From Spirochaetota bacterium (GTDB lineage Bacteria; Spirochaetota; UBA4802; UBA5550), in NCBI GenBank assembly GCA_050298055.1, contig JBNKTL010000045.1:1-42093 (forward strand): DNA of 42,093 nucleotides, written 5' to 3'. The position numbers were made by a program, and so were the translations under genes. The notes beneath the pieces were generated by a model. It saw nothing but the letters and a program-made list of their open reading frames with translations. It did no database searches and had not been told where the DNA came from. Every line of letters begins with the position of its first letter. Within the stretch, counting starts at the first letter, position 1. Positions 26,478-35,351 of this stretch are shown one piece after another.

Positions 26478-26550
26478 GGGTCAGAGCAAAATACAATATA
26501 GAGTAAACAATAATCAAGGACCTCCGAACACATATTTCGGGGTCAGAGCA
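26478..26550 (-). repeat. Pair of inverted copies of the motif (GGGTCAGAGCA) downstream of the FAD gene
   Basis: Exact copies at 26478-26488 and 26540-26550 (62-bp period). Confidence 0.92.
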
Positions 26551-26671
26551 AAACCGCTTGATAAATGATAAAGCTTTTATTTCCTCTTTCTTCCTTAGGA
26601 AAAGTAATTTAAATTTTTGGACCGGATTTTCAGCCAGCTTAAGTTACGCGGTAATAAAGAAGTGAAAATAA

Positions 26672-27070
26672 CTATTCCGATGAAGTGTCAGAAGAAGTTG
26701 ATTTCTGGTAGATGACCTCAAGCTGAAGTGTGGGGCTGTCGGAACTGGGATAGTTAGCCGTAAGGGATTCGTTCTGAACAAGGTCGTCATTGAGATAAAT
26801 GTAAACATAAAGTGATGCGGATGCTGCAGATTTTGTAACATTTACTACAAGGGTATCTACATTCTCAAAAACTCTCTCATATACATACGTATCTGTAGTG
26901 ATCTCTGTCCCGGACAGATCTGTTGCTGACCCTCCGTCAACCCAGTATGTTCCCGAGAATGTGCTGTCCGTGCAAGAAACAACCAGTTTGAGTTCATCAG
27001 GATCATCATCACATGTAAAGAACATAGATCCAAGAATAAGAAAAACGAGTATGATAATTTTTTTTCTCAC
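26672..27070 (-). CDS. Hypothetical lipoprotein
   Basis: Basic N-terminus, hydrophobic core, FFTC lipobox, acidic Ser/Thr-rich body; GTG start. Confidence 0.75.
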   Translation of the reverse strand: MRKKIIILVFLILGSMFFTCDDDPDELKLVVSCTDSTFSGTYWVDGGSATDLSGTEITTDTYVYERVFENVDTLVVNVTKSAASASLYVYIYLNDDLVQNESLTANYPSSDSPTLQLEVIYQKSTSSDTSSE

Positions 27071-27157
27071 CTGCCCAATCCCCTCTTTATCTCGCTGATT
27101 GTGTTTTTCCGGATAGTAAAAAGTTGCATATTAAATGTGAAAATGTCAAGAAAATAA

Positions 27158-28192
27158 TCATTTCAGGATAACTTTCTCGTTCCTGTAATCTGTTATCTCT
27201 CCCAGAACAACCGGCCTTTCACCCTCGTTCCCCAGTGTCTTCATGAGCTCTTTCGTGTCCTCTTTTCCGGTCACAAGCATCATCCCGATACCCATATTAA
27301 ATGTTGTAAACATCTCTCTTTCATCGATCTCGCCCTCTTTCCTGATAAGCTTGAAAATTGGCGGTATTTTAAATGAATCCTTTTTTATCTCTGCCGCGCA
27401 GTTTTCAGGAAGTATCCTGGGAATGTTTTCATAAAAACCCCCACCGGTTATATGGACAAGACCTTTAATTTTACTCCCTGACTCCAGGGCATTGCAGATA
27501 CTCCGGGTATATATTCTCGTGGGTGTCAGAAGGATGTTTCCCAGTGTATCGTCCAGTTCCGGGAACCTTTGGTTAATATCAACTTTCTTCAGATCGAAAA
27601 AGAGCTTTCTAATAAGGGAAAACCCGTTTGAATGTACACCGCTGGATGGGAGGCCGATAATGACATCTCCTTTTTCGATGGTGCTCCCATCGATTATTTT
27701 TTCCCTGTCAACAACGCCCACTGCAAAGCCCGCGATATCGTAGTCATGGGGCTCGATGACATCGGGGTGCTCCGCGGTCTCTCCCCCGATGAGGCTGCAT
27801 CCTGCCTGCCTGCAGCCTTCAACAATTCCCCTGACAACATCCAGATGAATTGATTCATCCAGCTTCCCGCAGGAAAGGTAATCAAGAAAGAAGAGAGGCC
27901 GTGCCCCGGAGACAACAATATCGTTAACGCACATTGCCACAGCGTCGATACCCACCGTATCATGCTTTTTCATCATCTTCGCAATCTGCAGTTTTGTGCC
28001 CACACCATCGGTCCCGGAAACAAGTACCGGGTCTTTCATTTCTTCAAATGATCCTGAAAAAAGAGCTCCAAAACCGCCGATACCGGTTATAACCCTGTTG
28101 CTGAAAGTTGATTTTACAAGAGGAGCAATCTTCCTGACAAAGTCATTCCCCCCCTCAACGTCAACTCCTGAATTTTTATAGGTCAGTCCCAT
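27158..28192 (-). CDS. purM: Phosphoribosylformylglycinamidine cyclo-ligase (AIR synthase)
   Basis: YKNSGVD, GTDGVGTK, AMCVND, GGETAEHP, SSGVHSNGFS, HITGGG, TFNMGIG. Confidence 0.98.
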   Translation of the reverse strand: MGLTYKNSGVDVEGGNDFVRKIAPLVKSTFSNRVITGIGGFGALFSGSFEEMKDPVLVSGTDGVGTKLQIAKMMKKHDTVGIDAVAMCVNDIVVSGARPLFFLDYLSCGKLDESIHLDVVRGIVEGCRQAGCSLIGGETAEHPDVIEPHDYDIAGFAVGVVDREKIIDGSTIEKGDVIIGLPSSGVHSNGFSLIRKLFFDLKKVDINQRFPELDDTLGNILLTPTRIYTRSICNALESGSKIKGLVHITGGGFYENIPRILPENCAAEIKKDSFKIPPIFKLIRKEGEIDEREMFTTFNMGIGMMLVTGKEDTKELMKTLGNEGERPVVLGEITDYRNEKVILK

Positions 28193-28270
28193 GATATCCT
28201 CGTTTGATTAAAATAGGGCATCCAATCCCGGATACACCATTTCATCCAACTGTGTTTTTTAATTTTCTGG

Positions 28271-28368
28271 TAACGACTCATGTATATGTCCCCTACCCAA
28301 GGCTGCGAGGATATACACGTTATATTTTATTTATTATCATGTCTCTTTTAATAAGAGCTGAGTCGTAA
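28271..28368. repeat. attC-like nested hairpin between the csp gene and purM
   Basis: TAACGACTCA-TGTATAT...ATATACA-CGTTA, plus AGCTGAGTCGTAA at 28356-28368; shares TAACGACTCA(GCT) with 20405. Confidence 0.5.
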
Positions 28369-28378
28369 TTTGTACTGT

Positions 28379-28579
28379 TTATATAGCTTTAACAGATACG
28401 GCTCTTGGTCCCTTATCGGAATTTTCAACTTCAAATTCAACCTGGGCCCCTTCTGTAAGGGTCTTAAAACCTTCGTTTACTATTCCTGTGTAATGAACAA
28501 AGATATCTTCACCATTCTCCTTCTGGATAAAGCCATATCCCTTGTTTTCATTGAACCATTTTACAGTTCCTTTTTCCAT
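28379..28579 (-). CDS. Cold-shock protein (CspA family)
   Basis: GTVKWFN, KGYGFI (RNP1), DIFVHY (RNP2); AGGAG RBS. Confidence 0.97.
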   Translation of the reverse strand: MEKGTVKWFNENKGYGFIQKENGEDIFVHYTGIVNEGFKTLTEGAQVEFEVENSDKGPRAVSVKAI

Positions 28580-28915
28580 TGTACTACTCCTGAATAAATA
28601 AATCTTTGATACAATGATACTATGCGTATGGATATAGAGACACTCAACCGGTAAGCCGTTTTTGTTGCCCTATTTTAAAATGAGGAAAAAAAAGCGGTGT
28701 AAATCCTTCGTGCTATTCCACTGATGCATAAAATCCTGCATCTTATCTTGTCTAAGACATTCAATTATAAATGAGAAAAAATTTCAAGAAAAAGTTAAAT
28801 TTAATTTAAATTAATTCATAAGCTCTCATTGGGAACCTGTATTTACCTTGACTTTTCACATCCAGGAATGATAGGTGCAAGCACTGAGTAAATGTGAACT
28901 CAACGGAGCAGGTGA

Positions 28916-29926
28916 ATGGAATTGTTTAAAAATATATTGTATGGTGTTATTGTGGGAATTGCCAATATCATACCCGGGGTTTCCGGCGGAACTATGGCCC
29001 TGGTCCTGGGCTTCTATGAACGGCTTATAGATGCCGTACATAATATTTCGGGAAAGACCATAGAAGCACTCTTTGGCCTTTTCAGGTTTAACAGGACCGG
29101 TATTGAAAATCTTAAATCTGAGCTCAGGAGAATTGACGCGGATTTTCTTGCAGCTATACTTTTGGGGGCTTTAGCGGCGATTGTTGCTCTGGCCAGCCTG
29201 ATGACCTATCTTCTCAAAAAATGGCATGATCCTACCTATGGTTTTTTCTTTGGGCTGGTCCTTATATCCGCTTTTGTCCCTTACAGGATTATTAAAAGAA
29301 AAACAATTCCTGTTTTTCTTTCATTTATATTGGCAGTTGCAGGTGTGCTTGCAGTCTCCGGAGCAATATCGGATGCTGAAAAAATTGAAAAAGCCAGGGT
29401 CAAGTATGAGTTGAAAGAAAAAGGAAAGAGCGGGAGAACGGAAAACAGTGTAAAAAGAGACCTGTCTCCTGTAAAAATAGTTTATCTCTTCTTTACAGGC
29501 GCAATAGCAATATCGGCAATGATACTTCCCGGCGTGAGCGGGTCTCTTTTACTCCTGATCATGGGAGCATATTTTGATATTTTAGCCGCAATTGCAGACC
29601 GCGATTTTCTCCTGCTGGGGATCTTTGCCGCTGGCTGTATTGCCGGGATCCTGCTTTTTACACGGCTTCTGAATTTTCTTCTCAAGAGATGGGGTGATGA
29701 GACCATGGGTGGCCTGCTGGGGCTTGTTGTTGGTTCTCTCTGGATGATATGGCCTTTCAGGAACAGTGCAAATGTCGGTGATGAGATCATTTATCTCTCA
29801 AACCGCATGCCAGGGGAATTCGGACCCAATGAGTGGCTGACAATAGCCTGTACGGTTGCGGGCATGATCATTGTCGCTCTCTTTATAAAAATGGAGGCCC
29901 CGGAGAGGGAAGGGCGGGATGGATAA
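28916..29926 (+). CDS. DUF368 family membrane protein (putative undecaprenyl-phosphate translocase)
   Basis: Two PGVSG motifs (IIPGVSGGTMAL, MILPGVSGS), FFFGLV, polytopic hydrophobicity. Confidence 0.9.
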   Translation: MELFKNILYGVIVGIANIIPGVSGGTMALVLGFYERLIDAVHNISGKTIEALFGLFRFNRTGIENLKSELRRIDADFLAAILLGALAAIVALASLMTYLLKKWHDPTYGFFFGLVLISAFVPYRIIKRKTIPVFLSFILAVAGVLAVSGAISDAEKIEKARVKYELKEKGKSGRTENSVKRDLSPVKIVYLFFTGAIAISAMILPGVSGSLLLLIMGAYFDILAAIADRDFLLLGIFAAGCIAGILLFTRLLNFLLKRWGDETMGGLLGLVVGSLWMIWPFRNSANVGDEIIYLSNRMPGEFGPNEWLTIACTVAGMIIVALFIKMEAPEREGRDG

Positions 29927-30072
29927 AATTTCGAGAAAACAGGTAATATAATTGACATTCTAAAGTATGATTAGATATTTTTATAGTGGGGAGTTAGTCT
30001 GTAGAGGAGTTTATTAAAGAGGGAGATGTTTCCTTAATATCATATTGTACCGGTAAACCGGATAATCCTGAA

Positions 30073-31872
30073 ATGGACAAAGTAGAAAAAACAAAAGAGA
30101 GTCTCAAAATCGATGACATCCATGAGGATGACAGGAAGCGCCTGTTCAAGAAATTTGTTGAACATGGCGGGGAAGTTATTGATGAAAAGTCAAAAAGAAG
30201 AAACCTGATTATTGACCGTGAAAAACAGAGAGATTTCAAGAGACGAACCGATGAGAGAAGGAGCAGACAGCCGGCTGGGAAAACAGCCGTAAAAAAAACT
30301 CTGACTAAAGCCGGGAAAAGACGTGAAAAATCAGATTCAATACTGAAGCAGTTCTTCGGCAGGTTCATGCTTCGCGTCAAACTGAAATGGCTTAAAGTTA
30401 CTCAATTAAACGGACTTTATTTTAATATTAAATTTCTGGAAAGGTTTAATAATGCTTACAAACCTGCGTTTATCGAGATACAGATGCAGTATCTTGATAT
30501 CTTCAAGAGCAATCCCGGAGTATCAAAGAAAATAATTTTCAACCTAGACAGGGTAAAACCTCTCCTCTATGAGTTGATCGAGATTGTCAGTAATTTGTAT
30601 GATAATATAACAATAAATCAGATTGTTGACCATTATAAGAACTTCCCTGACGTCCCAAAGAATATTTCAGAGCTGAAAGAACCGCTGATGAACTACTACC
30701 GCAGGCTCTATATCCTGAAACCCTATGAGAATACAATACTTAACGCATTTGAAAGAGCACTGGTACTTCAGAGCAGGATTGATCAGAAGAAAAATGTATC
30801 GTATTCTCAGCAGAGGAGAAAGATCAAAAATGCCCTCTATCTGCTTTTTAACAAGCTCTTCCCGCGGCTTCACTGGCTTTTCTGTCACTATGAAAGCAAG
30901 ATCTATGAGATTGATGACAGGGAGATAGAAAAGATCCTGAAGATTACAGGTGATGATATCCCGGGACACAGGCATTCGGGCAGCAAAAAAGACAGAGAGA
31001 GAGAAGAGGCCGCATCACAAACACATGATGAGAGCTCCCCGGATGAAGAGGAAAGCGGGGAGAGTGAAGAAATTTCAGATAACATCAGGAATGGCCTCAG
31101 GATCATGTCCAGACTTGATATAAAAAAGCTGAAGCAGGAATTCTACTCCGATGATGCGTACAAATTCCTGAGTATCAGGGACAAGGTACTGATAACATAT
31201 ATTCTGTTCAGGGAATTTGATAAAGAATATTCCTTTATCCTCACAACAAACAAGATAAAATACAGGATAGACATATCTCAAAAGAACAAACTGGATTTCC
31301 GGTCCAGGATGCAGGAGTACTATGATCTCATGAGGAAGTGCTTCAGTCTTTTCAAAGACTACGCCTCCGTTTCCAATGACTATAAGAAAATGGAAGGAGA
31401 GAAGCCGATGACGAATACACAGTATATACAGTACTCCCGGAGGCTTACCGATATCAATAAAAAGAGAACACAATCCGCGCAGAATGCAAGAAATGCGGTC
31501 AAGTCTTATATGGACAGGCTCTCTTCAGATCTTGCTGTTCTTATCGAAGATTATTTTGACGAAAAGAAACTTGTTGAAAATCCCGATGAAATTCTTGAAT
31601 TTATACCCCAGATCGAGGGTGAGAAAAAGATCAATGGCAAGAGCATCGGCCAGGCAATTATGATTGTCCATAATTTTGCTTCAGCGTTCTCATACAGGCT
31701 CGGGTTTGGCGGTGATCTTACCGGAAGTATAGAGTTTGATACCGAGGAACAGATAAGGAAGGAGCTTGAAGAAGCCGGTGACCGTCATGAGGGTGATGAA
31801 GAGAAAGAAGTCATTGGCAGCCTGGAGGAATCGGATAAGTCTATTCTGGACGAGCTTGACGATATTCTCTAG
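30073..31872 (+). CDS. Hypothetical protein, 599 aa, charged and helical
   Basis: Long ORF with native-looking codon usage; acidic linker and tail; no motif recognised. Confidence 0.8.
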   Translation: MDKVEKTKESLKIDDIHEDDRKRLFKKFVEHGGEVIDEKSKRRNLIIDREKQRDFKRRTDERRSRQPAGKTAVKKTLTKAGKRREKSDSILKQFFGRFMLRVKLKWLKVTQLNGLYFNIKFLERFNNAYKPAFIEIQMQYLDIFKSNPGVSKKIIFNLDRVKPLLYELIEIVSNLYDNITINQIVDHYKNFPDVPKNISELKEPLMNYYRRLYILKPYENTILNAFERALVLQSRIDQKKNVSYSQQRRKIKNALYLLFNKLFPRLHWLFCHYESKIYEIDDREIEKILKITGDDIPGHRHSGSKKDREREEAASQTHDESSPDEEESGESEEISDNIRNGLRIMSRLDIKKLKQEFYSDDAYKFLSIRDKVLITYILFREFDKEYSFILTTNKIKYRIDISQKNKLDFRSRMQEYYDLMRKCFSLFKDYASVSNDYKKMEGEKPMTNTQYIQYSRRLTDINKKRTQSAQNARNAVKSYMDRLSSDLAVLIEDYFDEKKLVENPDEILEFIPQIEGEKKINGKSIGQAIMIVHNFASAFSYRLGFGGDLTGSIEFDTEEQIRKELEEAGDRHEGDEEKEVIGSLEESDKSILDELDDIL

Positions 31873-32680
31873 ATCTTTTTTCCGCCATTTCATCCAGCCG
31901 TCTTTTCAGAATTTCTTCCCTGGATGATCCACCCGAAATATCCCGGTAGGGCGTGGACTTGATATTTTCCCTGATCTCTTTCAGCTCATCATCGGAGAAA
32001 AGAGTTATTACCCTGCTTTTTGACGCGAGAGTTCCCTCTTTCTTTCTCCCTACGGAAGGTCCCCTGCCCGGATAGAATCCCGCTTCAAGAAGTGCCCCCC
32101 TTATCTGTGGCGCGCTTGAATAGGTTGTGAGTATCCCCTGAAGGAAGATGAGCCTGTAAATTTCCCTGAAGAATTCAACTGTCCAGAGTTCAGGGTTTTT
32201 TGACGGTGAAAAGGGATCATGAAAAACACCGTGAAAACCGGCTTCTTTTATCTTCCTTATGGTTTTCCTTGCATCGCCCTTTATAACGCGAATACTGTAA
32301 TTATCAAATATCCGGTTGCCGGTCCTGTATGCTTTTCGGATTTCGCTGTAATAATCATCAAGAATATTCCCGAACCTTATATCTTTCATGACCCGGTCAA
32401 TGGATTCGGATTTTTCAAGGGATGTAATATTGACCTTTAGTCCTTTTCCCTGTTTGTCTGCTTCTGTGATGAGCGCCAGGATGTTGTAGCCCAGGCCAAA
32501 GCCCACATCAAGAACATTGATCTCCCGGTAATCTTTCTCCAGGAGAGCAGAGGGGTAAACATGTTTCATCACTGCTTCCTGGTAGGCGCCGGAAACAGAG
32601 TGCATGGCTTCCTGGAATTCATCCGAATAGGCGGTTTTTGTCCCGTCATTGGTGGGAAGAGAGCGGTATTTATCTTTCAA
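31841..32680 (-). CDS. MnmC/MnmD-like tRNA methyltransferase domain protein
   Basis: TNDGTKT..S..FQEAMHS..GA..EA, LDVGFGLGYN, FHDPFSPSKNPELWT, TYSSA; TTG start. Confidence 0.82.
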   Translation of the reverse strand: MKDKYRSLPTNDGTKTAYSDEFQEAMHSVSGAYQEAVMKHVYPSALLEKDYREINVLDVGFGLGYNILALITEADKQGKGLKVNITSLEKSESIDRVMKDIRFGNILDDYYSEIRKAYRTGNRIFDNYSIRVIKGDARKTIRKIKEAGFHGVFHDPFSPSKNPELWTVEFFREIYRLIFLQGILTTYSSAPQIRGALLEAGFYPGRGPSVGRKKEGTLASKSRVITLFSDDELKEIRENIKSTPYRDISGGSSREEILKRRLDEMAEKRSREYRQARPE

Positions 32681-33131
32681 GGATCTTCTCTTTTTCTTCT
32701 TTCTCAGAGGGGGGAGCTTTTTCTTTGTTCGCAGCGGTGTTGATCTTTTCTATAAGGTTTACCGTGTCATAGTCGGTGAAGGCTTCACAGTAATTATCAT
32801 TGCAGTCTTCAAATTTCAGGGCACCTTTTTTAACAACGGCAAGGATATCATTATCGTACGCATTATACCTGCTTCTCTCCTTTATATTTGCCCTTATGTA
32901 GCTTATAAGAAGGTGGACGGCCCTGTCGTTGGCCATCCGGATAAGTTTTTTTCTTGCCCTGTTCGCGAAATCCTTGTCCCCTTCAACATCTTCCATGCTG
33001 TCCCGCACATAAACCCTCAGTTTCCCGTTTTTCAGCCCTTCCCATCTTTCGGACTGTTTTATACCCGATGAACAGGAGAGGAATATAAGCAGGGATATGA
33101 ATAGATGGATGTTTTTATAATAAATATTCAT
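32670..33131 (-). CDS. Hypothetical lipoprotein
   Basis: Signal peptide with FLSC lipobox; stop overlaps the start of the downstream methyltransferase. Confidence 0.7.
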   Translation of the reverse strand: MNIYYKNIHLFISLLIFLSCSSGIKQSERWEGLKNGKLRVYVRDSMEDVEGDKDFANRARKKLIRMANDRAVHLLISYIRANIKERSRYNAYDNDILAVVKKGALKFEDCNDNYCEAFTDYDTVNLIEKINTAANKEKAPPSEKEEKEKILER

Positions 33132-33172
33132 AATGATAAATCTTTTAAAAAACCGAAAAGTTGCCCTTATTT

Positions 33173-33242
33173 CCCCCTACCCCCCCGGAGGGGGCGAAAG
33201 ATTCTTCTCAACTCTCTTATGCCCCCTTTGGGGGTTAGGGGG
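33173..33242. repeat. C/G-tract palindromic REP-like element
   Basis: CCCCCTACCCCCCCGGAGGGGG...GCCCCCTTTGGGGGTTAGGGGG; terminal inverted arms with two internal hairpins; intergenic. Confidence 0.75.
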
Positions 33243-33377
33243 CCGAAACTCAAAATCTTTTTAAATCATCTTCACGTATTATCAACGATTTTATTGTTTT
33301 TTCCCGAAAAAGATTTGAAAAATCGATCCGGTTCTGCTAAATACAAATCATTAACAGGGGAGGATTGGAATTGATAG

Positions 33378-35048
33378 ATGCCGGATAAAACCAGGGAAAT
33401 ACTTATAAACGAACCGTATGAGATAAAAAAGATGGGGACTTCCGGTCTCAGGCAGACCCAGGAGGTCTATAACCGGGAACTCTTCCTGGAGCAGTTTACC
33501 CAGGGAGTTGCCGATTATTTCAATGAGATAACCGGGAAGGAAAGGATTGCCGAGAATAATAAAACCATTCTCCTGGGAGGGGACCCCCGGAAAGGAAACA
33601 GGGAACGCATCAACACAATTTCGCGGATCATGACCGCCAATGGTTTCAAGCTTAAAATCGCGGAAAACGGGCTCTCTTCAACGCCGGCCATGTCCCACGG
33701 GATCAGGGAGCTGAAACTCGCGGGGGGGATAATACTTACCGCGAGCCACAATCCCTCTACCGATGTGGGGATCAAGATCAACATGGCGGACGGTTCACCC
33801 GCCCTGGAAGAGACGACTGAGAGGATCCACCGGCTCCAGAACAGCGTAAAGAAGGTACTGGTTTCGGATGAATCGGTCATCGCGGAGAGTGAGCTTGTTG
33901 AGTCGGTTGATATTGTTAAGATATATACCGATCTCCTTGACAGGATTTTCAGGTTTTCAAATATGAGGCAGAAAATTGAGGTGAGGGGGATAAGGGGGGC
34001 CTTTGATTCAATGTACGGGGCCGCCGGTCCCTTCGCGCAGTCTGTCTTCCGGGAGAGGCTGGGGATCAATGCCGAAATGCTCAGACGGGAACCGAGAGAA
34101 GACCTGGGAGGCACTGACAGCAAGGGAGAACCTCTCCACCCCGAACCTGACTATGATTATATCAGTGAACTGATAAAGCTCAACGGCACCGGGGAGTATG
34201 ATATTGTTGCCGCGTGGGACTCGGACGTGGACAGGAGACTTGACGGCGGGAACGGTTTCTTCATAGAATCCGCCGATGAATTCGCCCTCTTCGCGGAATA
34301 CAGCGAACTGATCAATATTGAAGATCTTTTTCCCGGGGCCCTTTTCTTCTGCAGATCTACCGTTACTGCCGGTACAATTGATCATATGGAAGAATACCTG
34401 GGGAAAAAATTTACCGGGAGAAAAGTCAGGACAGTTGAAACGCCAACAGGCTTCAAGTGGATAGCCGACCTCGGGAACTGGGGAGTTGAGGAGAGCAACG
34501 GTGTGGGCAATCCCTATCACAGGGAGAAGGACGGGATCTTTTCCACGGTCTTTTTGCTGAAAATTATGCTCCACACGGGAAAGAGTGTGAAGGAGCTCAT
34601 GGAGGATATATGGGAGAGGTTCGGCAGGGTCTATTTTACCCGGGGGGAGGTCTCCGGTGAACTTTATGACGAAAAGGATAAACTCGCGGAGATACTGAAT
34701 AATGCCGGGAAGAGCGCCGGGAAAAAATTCGGGGGCCTTACCCTGGAGTCCGCCGGGGAGTGGGACTACCTGCACCCGGTATCCGGAAGTATCGAGGCCA
34801 GGGGCGCGGCCTGGTTCCTCAAATTCAGTGAAGGTAATACCGTAAAGGCCAGGTTTTCCGGTACGGGCTCATCGGGCTATACATTGCGGGTCTACTGTAC
34901 AAAGTATGATAAGAGATACACAATCCCCAAATCAGTGATAACAGGGCCCATGAAGGAAGCGTTTGATGATTTTCTCTCGCAGCACGGGTTCGGGAGAAAG
35001 AGCGGCAGGTATACCGATGCCAACCAGCCTGATCCTTACGGGGGGTGA
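33378..35048 (+). CDS. Phosphoglucomutase-like alpha-D-phosphohexomutase
   Basis: GTSGLR, TASHNP (phosphoserine loop), DSDVDR (metal loop), TPTGFKW, EESNG, REKDG, RFSGTG. Confidence 0.88.
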   Translation: MPDKTREILINEPYEIKKMGTSGLRQTQEVYNRELFLEQFTQGVADYFNEITGKERIAENNKTILLGGDPRKGNRERINTISRIMTANGFKLKIAENGLSSTPAMSHGIRELKLAGGIILTASHNPSTDVGIKINMADGSPALEETTERIHRLQNSVKKVLVSDESVIAESELVESVDIVKIYTDLLDRIFRFSNMRQKIEVRGIRGAFDSMYGAAGPFAQSVFRERLGINAEMLRREPREDLGGTDSKGEPLHPEPDYDYISELIKLNGTGEYDIVAAWDSDVDRRLDGGNGFFIESADEFALFAEYSELINIEDLFPGALFFCRSTVTAGTIDHMEEYLGKKFTGRKVRTVETPTGFKWIADLGNWGVEESNGVGNPYHREKDGIFSTVFLLKIMLHTGKSVKELMEDIWERFGRVYFTRGEVSGELYDEKDKLAEILNNAGKSAGKKFGGLTLESAGEWDYLHPVSGSIEARGAAWFLKFSEGNTVKARFSGTGSSGYTLRVYCTKYDKRYTIPKSVITGPMKEAFDDFLSQHGFGRKSGRYTDANQPDPYGG

Positions 35049-35054
35049 TGTTTC

Positions 35055-35330
35055 GTGGCAAAACAGCTGATTATTGACGGGGTTGTACAGGGTGTTTTCT
35101 GCCGGAGCTACTGCAGCCAGTACGCGAAAAAGATGAAGATCAGGGGATCGGCAACCAACCTGCGGGACGGTACCGTGAGGGTTGTTCTGGAAACCGATGA
35201 TGAGGACCTTGTGAGGGAATATGTCGTTCAGCTGAAGACAAATCCCCTGGGTTTTACTTTTTATGGTACCATTAATGGCATATCGGTTTCTGATTACAGG
35301 GGGCCGGTAACCGGAGACTACAGGTTTTAA
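35055..35330 (+). CDS. acyP: Acylphosphatase
   Basis: GVVQGVFCR and NLRDGTV motifs; GTG start. Confidence 0.85.
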   Translation: MAKQLIIDGVVQGVFCRSYCSQYAKKMKIRGSATNLRDGTVRVVLETDDEDLVREYVVQLKTNPLGFTFYGTINGISVSDYRGPVTGDYRF

Positions 35331-35351
35331 TTCAAAAAGGAACATCAGTAT

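Noticed and set aside
23647..26550. CRISPR array interpretation of the TGCTCTGACCC repeats
   Set aside because: Repeats are only 11-12 bp, occur in pairs with irregular spacing and both orientations, and no cas genes are present.
33105..33374. 89-aa ORF across the divergent intergenic region
   Set aside because: It translates the C/G-tract repeat (PLPPRRG, PPLGVRG) and has no protein features.
33515..34775. Long antisense ORFs (202 and 255 aa) opposite the phosphohexomutase, and similar ones opposite acs, guaA and the polyferredoxin
   Set aside because: They are codon-bias shadows of well-supported genes and carry no motifs.
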